Source: an uncultured Spirochaetaceae bacterium (lineage in GTDB: Bacteria; Myxococcota_A; UBA9160; UBA4427). From it: a DNA stretch of 64,000 nucleotides. A program made the position numbers and the translations under genes. Every line of letters begins with the position of its first letter. Within the stretch, counting starts at the first letter, position 1. Location: contig CAZMFM010000011.1 in NCBI GenBank assembly GCA_964565565.1, positions 1,152 through 65,151 of the forward strand, written 5' to 3'. Positions 16,661-27,299 of this stretch are shown piece after piece. The notes beneath the pieces are model-generated. The model had not been told where the DNA came from and searched no databases. It was given only the letters and a program-made list of their open reading frames with translations.

Positions 16661-19600
16661 TCAATCTCTCGAGCCGGGGACGATTTCGAGTTCGATCCGC
16701 TTGCCTTCGCGTTCTACGACGATCCTGGCGGGTTCTCCTACGCGAAGCGCTTCGAGGGCGTAGGTGTAGTCGTAGAGATTGTCGATCGGGCGTTCATCGA
16801 CCTCGACGATGATGTCCCCGCCACGCAGGCCCGCCTTGTCCGCCGGTCCTTCACGCGCGACCCCGGTCAGACGCACGCCGGTCACACCACTTTGCGCGTA
16901 GTCGGGAACGGTCCCGAGAAAAACCCGAAAGCTGGATCTCGTCTGGTCCGTCGAGGGGGATGCCTGGGCGTGGTAGGCGGGCGGATCGACGCGTCGCGAA
17001 AGGGCCTGGGCGATGCGCCCGCCGAGCTTTGCGATTTCGGCTGCGCCTTCGAAATTCAGCAGGTCGATCGTGTCTCGTGGCGTGTGGTATTCGGAATGGA
17101 CGCCCGTAAACGCGGAGAGGATCGGGATACCCGCGGTGTAGAAACTCGTCGCATCGGTTGGCAGGTAGCTGTCGTTTTGCGGGACGATCGAAAGCGCGAG
17201 GGGGACTGCCGCGCTTTCGAGCAGGGCCGGCCAGGCGGGGCTCGATCCGAGACCCTGGATGACAAGATTGTCTCGCAGGCGGCCGACCATATCGAAGTTG
17301 AGATAGGCGACGACCCCATCGGCCCGACCCGCTCCATGGGCGGGATCGTTTGCATGGGGATCGACGTGGTCCGCGACCCAACGGGCAGAGCCCAGCAGGC
17401 CGAGTTCCTCGCCAGACCAGGCGGCGAATACGAAGTCGCGATCTCCGAGGGCGATGCCCATTTTTTGTCGATGGGCGAGGTCTTCTGCGATCTCGAGTAG
17501 CACGGCCACACCCGAAGCATTGTCGTCGGCCCCCGGATGGATGTCGCCGACCTCATTGCCGGAAGCCAGCGACGACGACCCCTGTCCATGGCCGAGATGG
17601 TCGTAGTGTGCGCCGAGTAGAATCGTTTGGCGGCTGGGCTCGCGTCCGACCTGGAGACGTCCGAGCACGTTGTGGCCGATGGCTTCGAGGGTTTCGAGGT
17701 CGACGCGCGCGGCGAGGCGCACACCATCGATTTCGAAGGGGTGAAAGGAATCGGGGGGCGTGGACGGATCGGCTTCCCTCGATGGTGTTTCGAAGGGACT
17801 TGCCGCCAAGCGCTGGAGCGCCTCGAGGTCGTCGTTCTCGCCAAAGAGCAGCCGCATGGCCAATTCGTCACTGATCGACAAGACAGCGATACGCGTTCCC
17901 GCCAGCGAGGCATCGAAGCGAAGGGGAACAAGTGGATTTCGAAATCGTCCGAGCGGTCCGCTTACAAAGAGGACGCCCCGCGCACCCCGATCGCGGGCGA
18001 CCATCGCCTTGTAGCGGAGGCTCGCATAACGTTGCAGATGCTGTCGGTCCGGGCCTTCGAGGGAATTCGGCAGACCACGAAAGATCATCACCCAGCGGTC
18101 CGTGACATCGAGATCCGCATAGGCGTCGAAGCCGTCCGCGTGCGCGTGCGGGTTCTGGGTCGGAGTGCTCGACGCCGGCGCGGGTGCGGGTGCGGGTGCG
18201 GGTGCGGGTGCGGGTGCGGGTGCGGGTGCGATCAACCCGTAGCCCGCAAAAACGATCGCGCTCGCGGGCACCTCTCCCGAGCGGGAAAAGGCCAGCGGGC
18301 GCCAATCGCGGTCGACTTCAAGGCGCTCCGCATCACCTTTGTCGTGGGTCTTGCCGCCGCCCCCGGCGTGATCATCATCGCCGCTGTCAAAGCCGGGCAC
18401 GCCGCTCACTCGCAGCGAGTTGTTCTTGCCGATGGCGAGTCCGGAGGTGAAATCGAATGCGTGGAGATAACGGCCGTCGTCGCCCGCCGCTTTGAGTCCG
18501 ATCGAGGCCATGAAGCGTGCGAGGTATTCGCTGGCCAGCACTTCGCCGGGTGTCCCCGTGCGCCGGCCAGCCGTACGATGGTCGGTGAGCGCCTGAACGT
18601 GTGACTCGAGATCAGTGGCTGAAATTGAATCGTGTTGCGTGGCAGGCAGCGCAAGCGGACCCTTTTGTTCAGGTCGCGGACGGTCCACGGAAAGGCTGAG
18701 GCGCCTCCTTGCGGCCGCATCGTTCCAATCGGCGAAGAAGAGCTGGCTCTTGTCGTCGACCGTCTGATTGCTCGTCCACAGAAGCCGCTTCCCGTTCGGC
18801 GAAAAGACCGGGAGGCCGTCGAAGCCTTTGCGCGTCGTGACGCGAACGGGCTCGGACAGGCCTTCGGCATCGACGAGATAGAGCTCGAAATTGTCGAAAC
18901 CATGGAGGTTGGTCGTGAAGATGATGTAGTCGCCGGATGGGTGATAGAAGGGAGCCCAGGACATTGCACCCAGCCGTGTCAGGATTCGCTCGTCCGTTCC
19001 GTCTAGGGCGATCGTATGAATCTCGGCGCGGTCGCCTTCCACTGAAAAACGCCGCCAGACGATGCGCTCACCGTCAGGGCTGAAAAAGGGGCCTCCATCG
19101 TATCCGGGGGCCGACGTGAGACGACGCGTCTCGCCTGACTCGCGATCGAGCAGGTAGAGATCGATGAAATAGCTGGGATTCTCGGCGAGCTCCTCGCGGG
19201 CCTCGGGGGCCAGCGCTTCCTCGAAGGCGTGGCGATTCGAGGAGAAGGCGATGAAGCGTCCATTCGGTGATACGGAAGCCTCGGCGTCGTAACCGAACGC
19301 CGTCGTCAGTTGTTCGAGCGACTGGTCTTCCCGTTTTAGAAAGAGGTCGTAGTTCGGATCGTAGTTCCAGGCATAACGAGGACGCTTTCCCGCAGCCCGC
19401 GCTTCGAACTCGATCTCTTGTTTGGACTGGGCGTCGGGGTCGAGGTGGGTCGAGGCGTAGAGCACGGCGCCGTCGGGATCGATCCAACCGCAAGTCGTCT
19501 TGCCGTGGCCAAGAGAGACGCGCGTCGTCGCTCCGGTTTCGAGATTCATCCGGTAGATTTGATAGAAAGGGTTCTTTGGATCGCGCTCGCTCTGGAAGAC

Positions 19601-19867
19601 GATGTTCTCGCCATTCGAATCGAAATAGCCCTCGCCGCTGCGGCGCCCGGCGAAAGTCAATTGGCGTTCGGCTCGGTAGAGGGAGTCGGATGGCGCGGGC
19701 TCGGAGCCCGCGAAGGGTTCGACGGTCGCGCAGCCCAGGAAGGCAGTACAAGCGAAAGAGAGAGCGGAGACGACCCAAAGTGCGCGGCGCAGCGAGCGAG
19801 CTTGTTCCAGCATGGCCGATCGGGGAAGAGTGAAGGAAGGATCCAGGCGCCGCCGCATCGGTTGCAT
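16661..19867 (-). CDS. multidomain secreted peptidase: PD40/TolB-like propeller + PA domain + M28 aminopeptidase + C-terminal PDZ
   Basis: PD40 motifs (SPNGRFIAFSS, FSPDGERIVW, FSPNGKRLLW). M28 metal ligand regions (AHYDHLGHG, GADDNASGVAVLLE, SGEELGLLGS). PDZ (GPADKAGLRGGDIIVEVD). Signal/TM at the N-terminus. Confidence 0.85.
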   Translation of the reverse strand: MQPMRRRLDPSFTLPRSAMLEQARSLRRALWVVSALSFACTAFLGCATVEPFAGSEPAPSDSLYRAERQLTFAGRRSGEGYFDSNGENIVFQSERDPKNPFYQIYRMNLETGATTRVSLGHGKTTCGWIDPDGAVLYASTHLDPDAQSKQEIEFEARAAGKRPRYAWNYDPNYDLFLKREDQSLEQLTTAFGYDAEASVSPNGRFIAFSSNRHAFEEALAPEAREELAENPSYFIDLYLLDRESGETRRLTSAPGYDGGPFFSPDGERIVWRRFSVEGDRAEIHTIALDGTDERILTRLGAMSWAPFYHPSGDYIIFTTNLHGFDNFELYLVDAEGLSEPVRVTTRKGFDGLPVFSPNGKRLLWTSNQTVDDKSQLFFADWNDAAARRRLSLSVDRPRPEQKGPLALPATQHDSISATDLESHVQALTDHRTAGRRTGTPGEVLASEYLARFMASIGLKAAGDDGRYLHAFDFTSGLAIGKNNSLRVSGVPGFDSGDDDHAGGGGKTHDKGDAERLEVDRDWRPLAFSRSGEVPASAIVFAGYGLIAPAPAPAPAPAPAPAPAPASSTPTQNPHAHADGFDAYADLDVTDRWVMIFRGLPNSLEGPDRQHLQRYASLRYKAMVARDRGARGVLFVSGPLGRFRNPLVPLRFDASLAGTRIAVLSISDELAMRLLFGENDDLEALQRLAASPFETPSREADPSTPPDSFHPFEIDGVRLAARVDLETLEAIGHNVLGRLQVGREPSRQTILLGAHYDHLGHGQGSSSLASGNEVGDIHPGADDNASGVAVLLEIAEDLAHRQKMGIALGDRDFVFAAWSGEELGLLGSARWVADHVDPHANDPAHGAGRADGVVAYLNFDMVGRLRDNLVIQGLGSSPAWPALLESAAVPLALSIVPQNDSYLPTDATSFYTAGIPILSAFTGVHSEYHTPRDTIDLLNFEGAAEIAKLGGRIAQALSRRVDPPAYHAQASPSTDQTRSSFRVFLGTVPDYAQSGVTGVRLTGVAREGPADKAGLRGGDIIVEVDERPIDNLYDYTYALEALRVGEPARIVVEREGKRIELEIVPGSRD
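18181..18230. repeat. hexanucleotide microsatellite (cgggtg x8) encoding (PA)n inside the peptidase gene
   Basis: Perfect tandem copies read directly. In-frame (6 nt is 2 codons). Encodes the APAPAPAPAPAPAPAPAPA linker. Confidence 0.95.
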
Positions 19868-20090
19868 CTCCTAGGCAAAGTTGAGACTCCAGCTCCGCTC
19901 GTGCGGCGGCCAAAGTTCGATGATTCGTGAAAGATCACAAGCACTTGCTCTCGCGAGCCGCCAAGAGGCGTGCGCAAGGAAATCTCTCACCAGTCAGACC
20001 GGTAGCCTAGATCACAGTCGTTGGGGGAAATAGACGCCACGCCAGAATGCAGTGGCATCCAGAAAACTCGCGGCGAACTCCTCGCGAAAA

Positions 20091-21644
20091 TTACTCGGCA
20101 GCGTCACCTCGATCGCGGCCGAGTTTTCGGCGGATCAATTTTCCGCTCGCCGTGCGGGGGAGCGCTTCGACCCAGTGAAATTTGATCGGACACTTGAAGC
20201 TCGCGAGCCGCTCGAGACAGTGGGCGTCGAGGGTTAATGAGTCGACGGTGGGTACATCCAGGCGCGCGCGAACCAGATACGCCACCGGTCGCTCTCCGAA
20301 TTGCTCGTCAGCCTGACCGGCTACGCCGACCTCGGCGATGTGGTCGTGTTCGAGTAGCGCGGCCTCGACCTCGGCGGGATACACGTTCTCCCCGCCCGAG
20401 ACGATGAGATCACTGCGGCGATCGTAGACCTCGAGCCGTCCGTCGAGATCGAGAGAGCCGATGTCGCCGGTGTGGAGCCAGCCTCCACGGAGTGCTGTTG
20501 CGCTCTCGGTCGGCCTGTTCCAATAGCCCGCTGTGATGGTGGGCCCGCGGACGCAGATTTCTCCGGGTTGATCTGGAGGTACAGAGCCGTCTCGCTCGTC
20601 ACGGATCTCGACCAGGGTTCCCGGTAGCAGGACCAGACCTTGGCCACGAGCGTCGTTTGGCGAGCGCGTGGCGACCTGGGAAGCGGCTTCGGTCAATCCG
20701 TAGGTGGGCGCCACTGGGAATCCGGCTCGTCGCGCCACTTCGATCAATGGGGCCGGAACGGGGGCACCTCCGAGCAGCACACAGCGAAGCGAGGCAGGCG
20801 CCCGTGTGCGAGTACGCGTATCGAGGACACGCTTCAGCATGGCGGGCACGAGAGAGATACCGGTCACAGATTGCCCGTCGAGATCCCGATTGACGGCTTC
20901 GGGGGAGAATGATTCGTGCAGTATGACCGCTCCGCCCCAGAGTACGCTTCGCAAGAGAACCGAAAGGCCGCCCACATGAAAGATCGGCATGCATAACAAC
21001 CAGCGATCTCCTGCTCCTCCGCCCAATAGAGCCCGCCCCGCTTTCGCACTCGCTAGCAGGTTGGCACCGCTGAGCACGACCCCCTTGGGTTTGCCCGTCG
21101 TGCCCGAGGTGTAGAGAATGAATCGCGGCGCGCTCAGCTCGAAGGTTGATCGTGTGATCCGTGGATTCGCATCGGGAATGGGATTGAGACCGAACGCCTC
21201 TTCGTCGGTCGCGTCTGCGAGCGAAGGACCGTCGATGCGAAGTCGCCTCGCGCCGTTCTCGAGCTCAACCGCGTCGGCTCGTTCGTCGTCGCTTGGATGA
21301 ATGAAGAACGAAGCGCCACTGTCGCGTAGTTGGAATTCGATTTCCGGTGTGCTCAGGCGAGTATTGATCAGATGAAGAACGAACCCTCCCGAAAAGCTGG
21401 CGTGGACCCATTCGACGACGGGAAGACCATTGGGAAGCCGTACTGCAACGACATCCCGGGGAGCGACGCCGGCACTTGAGATCGCGACCAACGCCCTCTC
21501 GACTCGCTTCCACAAAGCCGCGTAGCTGAAAGAGCTTTCGTTCCACACGAGTGCGGTCGTGGTAGGGGAGATCTCTGCCCGAAGCGGGAGCCAGGGCACG
21601 CTCCACGGTACGAAATCTTCGCTTCGGTCGACACGCGAGGTCAT
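20091..21644 (-). CDS. menE: o-succinylbenzoate-CoA ligase
   Basis: AMP-binding motif LYTSGTTGKPKGV. Last gene of the men cluster. ATG at 21644 forms an ATGA overlap with the menC stop. The track ORF starts at GTG 21653. Confidence 0.85.
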   Translation of the reverse strand: MTSRVDRSEDFVPWSVPWLPLRAEISPTTTALVWNESSFSYAALWKRVERALVAISSAGVAPRDVVAVRLPNGLPVVEWVHASFSGGFVLHLINTRLSTPEIEFQLRDSGASFFIHPSDDERADAVELENGARRLRIDGPSLADATDEEAFGLNPIPDANPRITRSTFELSAPRFILYTSGTTGKPKGVVLSGANLLASAKAGRALLGGGAGDRWLLCMPIFHVGGLSVLLRSVLWGGAVILHESFSPEAVNRDLDGQSVTGISLVPAMLKRVLDTRTRTRAPASLRCVLLGGAPVPAPLIEVARRAGFPVAPTYGLTEAASQVATRSPNDARGQGLVLLPGTLVEIRDERDGSVPPDQPGEICVRGPTITAGYWNRPTESATALRGGWLHTGDIGSLDLDGRLEVYDRRSDLIVSGGENVYPAEVEAALLEHDHIAEVGVAGQADEQFGERPVAYLVRARLDVPTVDSLTLDAHCLERLASFKCPIKFHWVEALPRTASGKLIRRKLGRDRGDAAE

Positions 21645-22786
21645 CGCGGCCACTCCTCGCCAGGACCGTCGAGGACCGCGCCGAGCGCCGCGGGATCGAT
21701 TTCGAGACCGAGGCCCGGCGCGGAAGAAACGCGGAGCACGCCTTGATTCACGCGATCATAGGGGGCGACGTTCCGCTCGAAGCAGTCGTTCGTCGCCAGA
21801 CCGCAGGCTTCGATCGGGCCGTGCGCGGCGATCGCCGCCGCCGTGTGAAGCGCAGCCGAGACCCCGACGACGGTTTCGAGGAGCGACGTGACGACCACCC
21901 GAAGCCCCGCCCGCCGGGCGCGACCGGCGATGCGCATTGCAGAAAGCGGTCCGCCCGCAGCGCTCGGCTTGATCACGATCACATCGGCGGATCCGGCATC
22001 GACGAGCACTCGCGCGTCCTCCTCGCTCAATACCGATTCGTCCGCTGCGATCGGGATCGAAGATCTGCGCCGCAGTTCTGCCGATCGGGTCGGCGTGGAA
22101 TGCGCGAGGGGTTCCTCGATGTATTCGATGTCGTGGTGTGTGAACCGCTCGAGCGCGGCATAGGCCTGCGCCTCGGAATACGCTTGGTTCGCGTCCAACC
22201 TGATCTTGGCAGCGCGGCCGACAATCGATCGCAACGCGGCAACCCGCGCGACATCGGCTTCGAGCCCGAGAGAACCGACTTTGAGTTTCCAGACGCCGAA
22301 TCCCGAATCGTGAACTCTTCGAACCGTTCTCTCGATTTCGGGCGCGGAGTCGCCGGTGACCAGCGCGTTACAGGAAATCTCGCGAGGGATCGAGGCTCCG
22401 GACAGCGAACCATCGCGAGCTAGATACGCGGCCATCGAAGTGCCGTGCTCCTGCGCAGCGAGGTCGAGCAATGCGGTCTCGACCGCGGCGTGCGCGCAGG
22501 GTGCGACCCGACCGGCCTCGCTGAGCGACTCGGCGAGCAAGCCGAGGTCCTCGACTTCACGGCCGACAATCGCTTCGGCCAAACCCCGGAGTGCCGCCTC
22601 CGAGACCGCTCGCTGCTCGTCGCCGAACCCCGGGAAGCGGGACGCTTCCCCCCAGCCGACGAGCCCAGAACTCGATCGCAGTCGGATCAAAGTTCCTTTT
22701 CGCTCGCGCATTGATCCCCGTGCGTTGCGAAACGGTTCGCGAAATACGAGGCGGACCGGTAACAGCCGCGCGTGATCGAGCTTCAT
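21641..22786 (-). CDS. menC: o-succinylbenzoate synthase (enolase superfamily)
   Basis: MR/MLE-type enolase superfamily pattern (KLKVG, LDANQAY, IEEP, ADES) in men context. Confidence 0.8.
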   Translation of the reverse strand: MKLDHARLLPVRLVFREPFRNARGSMRERKGTLIRLRSSSGLVGWGEASRFPGFGDEQRAVSEAALRGLAEAIVGREVEDLGLLAESLSEAGRVAPCAHAAVETALLDLAAQEHGTSMAAYLARDGSLSGASIPREISCNALVTGDSAPEIERTVRRVHDSGFGVWKLKVGSLGLEADVARVAALRSIVGRAAKIRLDANQAYSEAQAYAALERFTHHDIEYIEEPLAHSTPTRSAELRRRSSIPIAADESVLSEEDARVLVDAGSADVIVIKPSAAGGPLSAMRIAGRARRAGLRVVVTSLLETVVGVSAALHTAAAIAAHGPIEACGLATNDCFERNVAPYDRVNQGVLRVSSAPGLGLEIDPAALGAVLDGPGEEWPR

Positions 22787-22793
22787 TCGGCGC

Positions 22794-23720
22794 TCACAAC
22801 CAAAGACCCGCGGCGAGCAGCAAAGAGTAGGCGAGCCCCAGCTGAGCGGTGGCTCCGAGCGCCCTGTTCAGGGTCGGACCATCGCTGTGCTTGTAGACCT
22901 GCGCGACCAGTCCGCAGGCACGAGGGAGCGTAGCGATCGGGAGCCAGATCCAGACGGATGAGTCGAATACGAAGGTGAGAATGGCAGGCATGCAATAGGC
23001 CAAGCCGACGAGTGCCACGTACTCGAGTCGTCCACCTTTCGCCCCGAGACGAACGGCCAGCGTACGCTTTCCCGCTGTGATGTCCGTCTCGCGATCGCGC
23101 ACGTTGTTGACGACGAGTGTCGCCGTCGCCAGCGCGCCGACGGGAATAGAAGCCAGTAGCGCCAGACTCGAAAGCGCGAGGGTCTGCACGAATGCCGCTC
23201 CCGAAACGGCGATTACCCCAAAGAAGAGAAAGACCATCGGATCGCCGAGGCCGTGGTAGCCGAAGGGCCAGGGGCCGCCGGTATAGGTGATGGCGGCGAG
23301 GATCGAGAGGGCGCCGAACGCCACCACCGGCCATCCGGCGACGCTGGTGAGGTAGAGGCCGACCAGGGCCGCTGCAGCAAAGACCGCGACCATTCCCGCG
23401 CGCATCTGTGCCGGCGTGAGGAGGCCGAGTTGCGTTGCCCTGGCGGGACCGAGGCGAGCATCGGTGTCCGCCCCCTTTTCGAAATCGTAGACGTCGTTGG
23501 CAAAATTCGATCCCAACTGAAGCAACACGGCGCCGACCAGCGCCGCCAGCGCGGGAAGGAGCCTCGCGCTCCCTTCTGCGGCCGCGACCGCGGTACCCAC
23601 CGCGACGGGCCCGACCGCGACGGCCAGGGTGCGCGGCCGCGCGGCCATCAACCAGGCGCGGCGATCGAAGCCACCCACGACCCTGCGCGGGGGCAAGTGC
23701 TCGATTGTCGAATCGTTCAT
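22794..23720 (-). CDS. menA: 1,4-dihydroxy-2-naphthoate polyprenyltransferase
   Basis: UbiA-family motif NDVYDFEKGAD, a second motif NNVRDRETD, and multiple TM segments. Start trimmed to ATG MNDST (23720), 15 nt after the menB stop. The track ORF extends to 23903. Confidence 0.85.
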   Translation of the reverse strand: MNDSTIEHLPPRRVVGGFDRRAWLMAARPRTLAVAVGPVAVGTAVAAAEGSARLLPALAALVGAVLLQLGSNFANDVYDFEKGADTDARLGPARATQLGLLTPAQMRAGMVAVFAAAALVGLYLTSVAGWPVVAFGALSILAAITYTGGPWPFGYHGLGDPMVFLFFGVIAVSGAAFVQTLALSSLALLASIPVGALATATLVVNNVRDRETDITAGKRTLAVRLGAKGGRLEYVALVGLAYCMPAILTFVFDSSVWIWLPIATLPRACGLVAQVYKHSDGPTLNRALGATAQLGLAYSLLLAAGLWL

Positions 23721-23734
23721 CGCTCGCTCTGCGC

Positions 23735-24562
23735 CTAAGGTCGCCAGGGGAAGCGCGAGAAGTCCGGTGCCCGTTTCTCCATGAAGGCGTTGCGACCCTC
23801 CTGCGCCTCTTCGTTCATGTAGAAGAGCATGGTCGCGTTGCCGGCGAGCTCCTGGATTCCCGCTTGACCATCGCAGTCCGCGTTGAACGCGCTCTTGAGA
23901 CAACGGATCGCCGTCGGGCTCATGCTGACGATCTCACGGGCCATCGTAAGACCCGCGTTCTCAAGCTCTTCGAGTGGTACGACTTCGTTGACGAGCCCCA
24001 TATCCAGGGCCTGCTTTGCATCGTATTGACGACAGGTGAACCAGATCTCCCGCGCCTTTTTCTGGCCGACGATGCGTGCAAGATACGAAGATCCGAACCC
24101 CGCATCGAAACTTCCGACTTTGGCACCGGTCTGACCGAAACGAGCGTTCTCCGCGGCGATGGTGAGATCGCAGATAACGTGGAGCACGTGTCCTCCGCCG
24201 ATCGCATACCCTGCGACGAGTGCGATCACTGGCTTCGGCATGGTGCGGATCAGGCGTTGCAAGTCCAGAACGTTGAGTCGAGCCACGCCGTCGTCCGCGC
24301 CGACGTAGCCCGCGTGTCCGCGAACGCTCTGGTCCCCGCCCGAACAGAATGCTTTGTCTCCCGCGCCCGTGAACAGGATGCAACCGACCTTGGGGTCCTC
24401 GCGAACGCGCTGAAAGGCGTCGATCAACTCCTTGGTCGTCTCGGGCCTGAACGCATTGCGAACATGGGGGCGATTGATCGTGATCTTCGCGATCCCCTCG
24501 TCGAGTTTCTCGAAGCGGATGTCCTCGTATTCGTGAACGACCTTCCAATTTTCTGAACTCAT
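23735..24562 (-). CDS. menB: 1,4-dihydroxy-2-naphthoyl-CoA synthase
   Basis: Crotonase-fold MenB pattern ([32 protein letters not shown], ...FSRFPWRP C-terminus). ATG at 24562 forms an ATGA overlap with the menH stop. Confidence 0.9.
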   Translation of the reverse strand: MSSENWKVVHEYEDIRFEKLDEGIAKITINRPHVRNAFRPETTKELIDAFQRVREDPKVGCILFTGAGDKAFCSGGDQSVRGHAGYVGADDGVARLNVLDLQRLIRTMPKPVIALVAGYAIGGGHVLHVICDLTIAAENARFGQTGAKVGSFDAGFGSSYLARIVGQKKAREIWFTCRQYDAKQALDMGLVNEVVPLEELENAGLTMAREIVSMSPTAIRCLKSAFNADCDGQAGIQELAGNATMLFYMNEEAQEGRNAFMEKRAPDFSRFPWRP

Positions 24563-25458
24563 CTTTTTTCGCTTCCTTCCGTGTCGCATCCCGGACTGAC
24601 TTCCGGTGGTTGATCGGTTTCGGCATCGACACGCGCGAAGAACGCGCGCGCAACCCGGCCAAATTGTTCTGGGTTCTCAAGATGAGCCGCATGCCCGCTG
24701 TTGGGGATGCGCTCGAAGTGTGCCCCTGGGAGCCGATCGCCAAAGGCGCGTGCGATCGAGCAGAACTTCTCATCCTCATCCCCCGCGATGAAGCACGTCG
24801 GTACTTTCAATCCGGCGAGTTCGAGGGGTGTCATCGCGCCCGTTCCCATGGCCCGCAGACTCGAGGCCAGCGCGTGTGGGCGGTTGCGCATTCGTTGTGC
24901 CCGGTGGCGGGCGAGTGTCTCGGCGCCCAGGCGATGCTGGCTGGCGAAGATCGGCTTGGCCATCCAGGCATCGACAAAGGAATCGAGCCCCTTCGTCAAG
25001 ATTTCGTTGGCGAGCGTCTCATCGGCGCGGATCCGAGCCTTGCGGGCTTCGGGATCGATCAATCCCGCGCTGGCACCGATGAGAAGCGCCGAGCGAGCCC
25101 GTTCAGGATGGCTGGAGCAAAACGCGAGTGCCGCACGTCCGCCCATCGAGTAGCCAACTAGATGCGGTCTCTCGAGACCCAGCGAATCGATTACGCACGC
25201 GAGCTGCGCAACACATCGATCCATCGCATAGGCTTCAATCGCGCGCGGAGCGTCACTGCGACCGTGGCCGATCAAATCGACCGAGACGCAGTCACGTGTC
25301 GAGGACAACTCAGTTGCGACATCACGCATACTCTCGGTTGAACCCGTGAAGCCGTGGAGGATGACCACCGGTGGCGCGCTCGAGTCCGTACACGAGGCGA
25401 TTCGGGCGTGGAGTCGCACGCCCATGGCGTCGACGAAACTCGAGAACTCGCGCTTCAT
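24559..25458 (-). CDS. menH: SHCHC synthase (alpha/beta hydrolase)
   Basis: HGFTGS and nucleophile elbow GYSMGGR. Positioned between menD and menB. ATGA overlap with the menD stop. Confidence 0.8.
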   Translation of the reverse strand: MKREFSSFVDAMGVRLHARIASCTDSSAPPVVILHGFTGSTESMRDVATELSSTRDCVSVDLIGHGRSDAPRAIEAYAMDRCVAQLACVIDSLGLERPHLVGYSMGGRAALAFCSSHPERARSALLIGASAGLIDPEARKARIRADETLANEILTKGLDSFVDAWMAKPIFASQHRLGAETLARHRAQRMRNRPHALASSLRAMGTGAMTPLELAGLKVPTCFIAGDEDEKFCSIARAFGDRLPGAHFERIPNSGHAAHLENPEQFGRVARAFFARVDAETDQPPEVSPGCDTEGSEKR

Positions 25459-27299
25459 AGGCTCATCATCCCGTTCTCGACCGCTTCTCCGACTTTGTAG
25501 ATCAATTCCTTGAAGTGCTCGACGTTTGCCAGGCGGTCGATCGGGACCTCGATCACTGTGACACCGGGAAAATCGACCGATTTCAGGAGTGCCTCTTCAT
25601 AGTCCGCATAGCCTTCGACAGTGTGATGATGAACTCCATATAGTGGTGCGACCGCCGCGAGATCGGCGGCGTGGGGTGTTGCGAACAATTCTTCGAAGCG
25701 GATCGACTCACCGTGTTGCGCAACCGGAAGCAACGAGAAAATTCCACCGCCGTCGTTATTGAAGACGACGATGGTGGCGCGAAGCGGGTAGCGGCGAGCA
25801 GCGAGCAGCCCGCCGATGTCATAAAGGAACGCGAGGTCTCCAGTCAGCAGGAAAACGTGACCTTGCTGTGCGGCCGCCGCACCGAGCGTGCTCGAAACCA
25901 TGCCGTCGATGCCGTTTGTTCCGCGGTTGCCGAGAACCCTGATCGCGGAATCGACTGCCGGCATGAATGCGTCCAGGTCTCTTACCGGCATGCTATTGGA
26001 TACGTAAAGGATCGAACCTTCGGGTATTGCATCGCACAGGACCCGCGTCGCCCGCGGTTCGAAGAGGCGCGATGTCTTCGCGAGCTCTCGGTCGAGTGTT
26101 GCTTGTGTTGCAGCCTCGGCGCGCAGAAAGCTCGCGAGCCAGTCGGTCTGGCCTCTAGATCTCGAGCCAGTTTCGATGGCCTCGGAAAGGCGATTGCAAA
26201 GGTCTACGGCGTCGGCGCAGACGCGAATCGAAGTGAGGTGAGACGGTTCATCCCAATTCGACCGCGGGACGACCAGCACCAACTCGTCGGGTGGAGAAGC
26301 TTCCAGCCACATGCGGAAGGCTTTGCTGGTCGGCGTCCCACCAAAACGCAAAACGGCGTCCGGTCGCTGGGAAGCTTTGAACTCGGGTTGGCGAAGAAAT
26401 AGATCCGAACCCGCCAAGATGGACGCGTCACCGACATGGGGCCCTCGTCGAAGGCCCGAGATCGGTTCGGCGAGCACCGGCCAGCCAAGCCGAGTGGCCA
26501 GTCGTGCAATCGATCGCGCGAACTCGGGTTCGTCCATCGCGCCACATGCGATGACCCCGCGCTCGATCGATTGGAAGCGCAGCGCGAGGTCTTCGATCTG
26601 GGCTGAGGACGCGAGGCGAGGCTGAGTTTCCAGGGCCACATAGGGGCGGCCATTTTCCCTGGCCGATTCCGCAAACCGGCCGCCGATCGCGTGCTCGTCG
26701 GCCCGGTCGTTGGGCATCGGTTCGAGGGGTTCGCGCAAAGGCCAGTTGAGGTGCACCGGGCCGGGATCGGGACCTCGACTCTCGCCAACGGCACGGCACG
26801 CGAGGGTACGGACATACCGGAGCATCGCCGGCCCGGTTTCAGGAACAGGAAGCTCGGCAAAGAAACGAATCTGGGCGCCGAAAATCTTGATCTGGTCGAT
26901 TGTTTGTCCCGCTCCCCAGTCTCGCAACTCCGGCGGACGGTCGGCGCTCAGAACGAGCAGCGGAACGCCGGCGTAGTGCGCTTCGAGGACTGCGGGAGCA
27001 TAATTTGCGAGTGCGGTGCCGCTGGTGCAAACGAGTGCCACAGGTTGACGCGTTGCCTTTGCGAGCCCGAGCGCGAAGAAGCCCGATGCGCGCTCGTCTA
27101 GATGAGACCAGACTTGCAAACTCTGCGTTAGGCCGGCTGCTACAGCTAGTGGCGTCGAGCGCGATCCGGGCGAGATGCATACGTGCCGGACTCGGCAGCG
27201 GGCGAGCTCGTCGAAGAACGACATCGCGAACGCATAAGTCGCATTCGATGCACCGATCGCGCGATTCGATTTTGTGGGCGAGACGTCACGGCTAGCCAA
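25455..27299 (-). CDS. menD: SEPHCHC synthase (ThDP-dependent)
   Basis: N-terminal VRHVCISPGSRSTPL and a ThDP motif region (GDLAFLYD...NNDGGGIF). A TTG start directly follows the menF TAG. Confidence 0.88.
   Translation of the reverse strand: MASRDVSPTKSNRAIGASNATYAFAMSFFDELARCRVRHVCISPGSRSTPLAVAAGLTQSLQVWSHLDERASGFFALGLAKATRQPVALVCTSGTALANYAPAVLEAHYAGVPLLVLSADRPPELRDWGAGQTIDQIKIFGAQIRFFAELPVPETGPAMLRYVRTLACRAVGESRGPDPGPVHLNWPLREPLEPMPNDRADEHAIGGRFAESARENGRPYVALETQPRLASSAQIEDLALRFQSIERGVIACGAMDEPEFARSIARLATRLGWPVLAEPISGLRRGPHVGDASILAGSDLFLRQPEFKASQRPDAVLRFGGTPTSKAFRMWLEASPPDELVLVVPRSNWDEPSHLTSIRVCADAVDLCNRLSEAIETGSRSRGQTDWLASFLRAEAATQATLDRELAKTSRLFEPRATRVLCDAIPEGSILYVSNSMPVRDLDAFMPAVDSAIRVLGNRGTNGIDGMVSSTLGAAAAQQGHVFLLTGDLAFLYDIGGLLAARRYPLRATIVVFNNDGGGIFSLLPVAQHGESIRFEELFATPHAADLAAVAPLYGVHHHTVEGYADYEEALLKSVDFPGVTVIEVPIDRLANVEHFKELIYKVGEAVENGMMSL

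Noticed and set aside
18181-18230. Short tandem repeats (here and at 7399, 14381, 55109) as a CRISPR array
   Set aside because: The repeats are contiguous with no spacers, the units are 6-42 nt, all lie in frame inside coding genes, and there are no cas genes.
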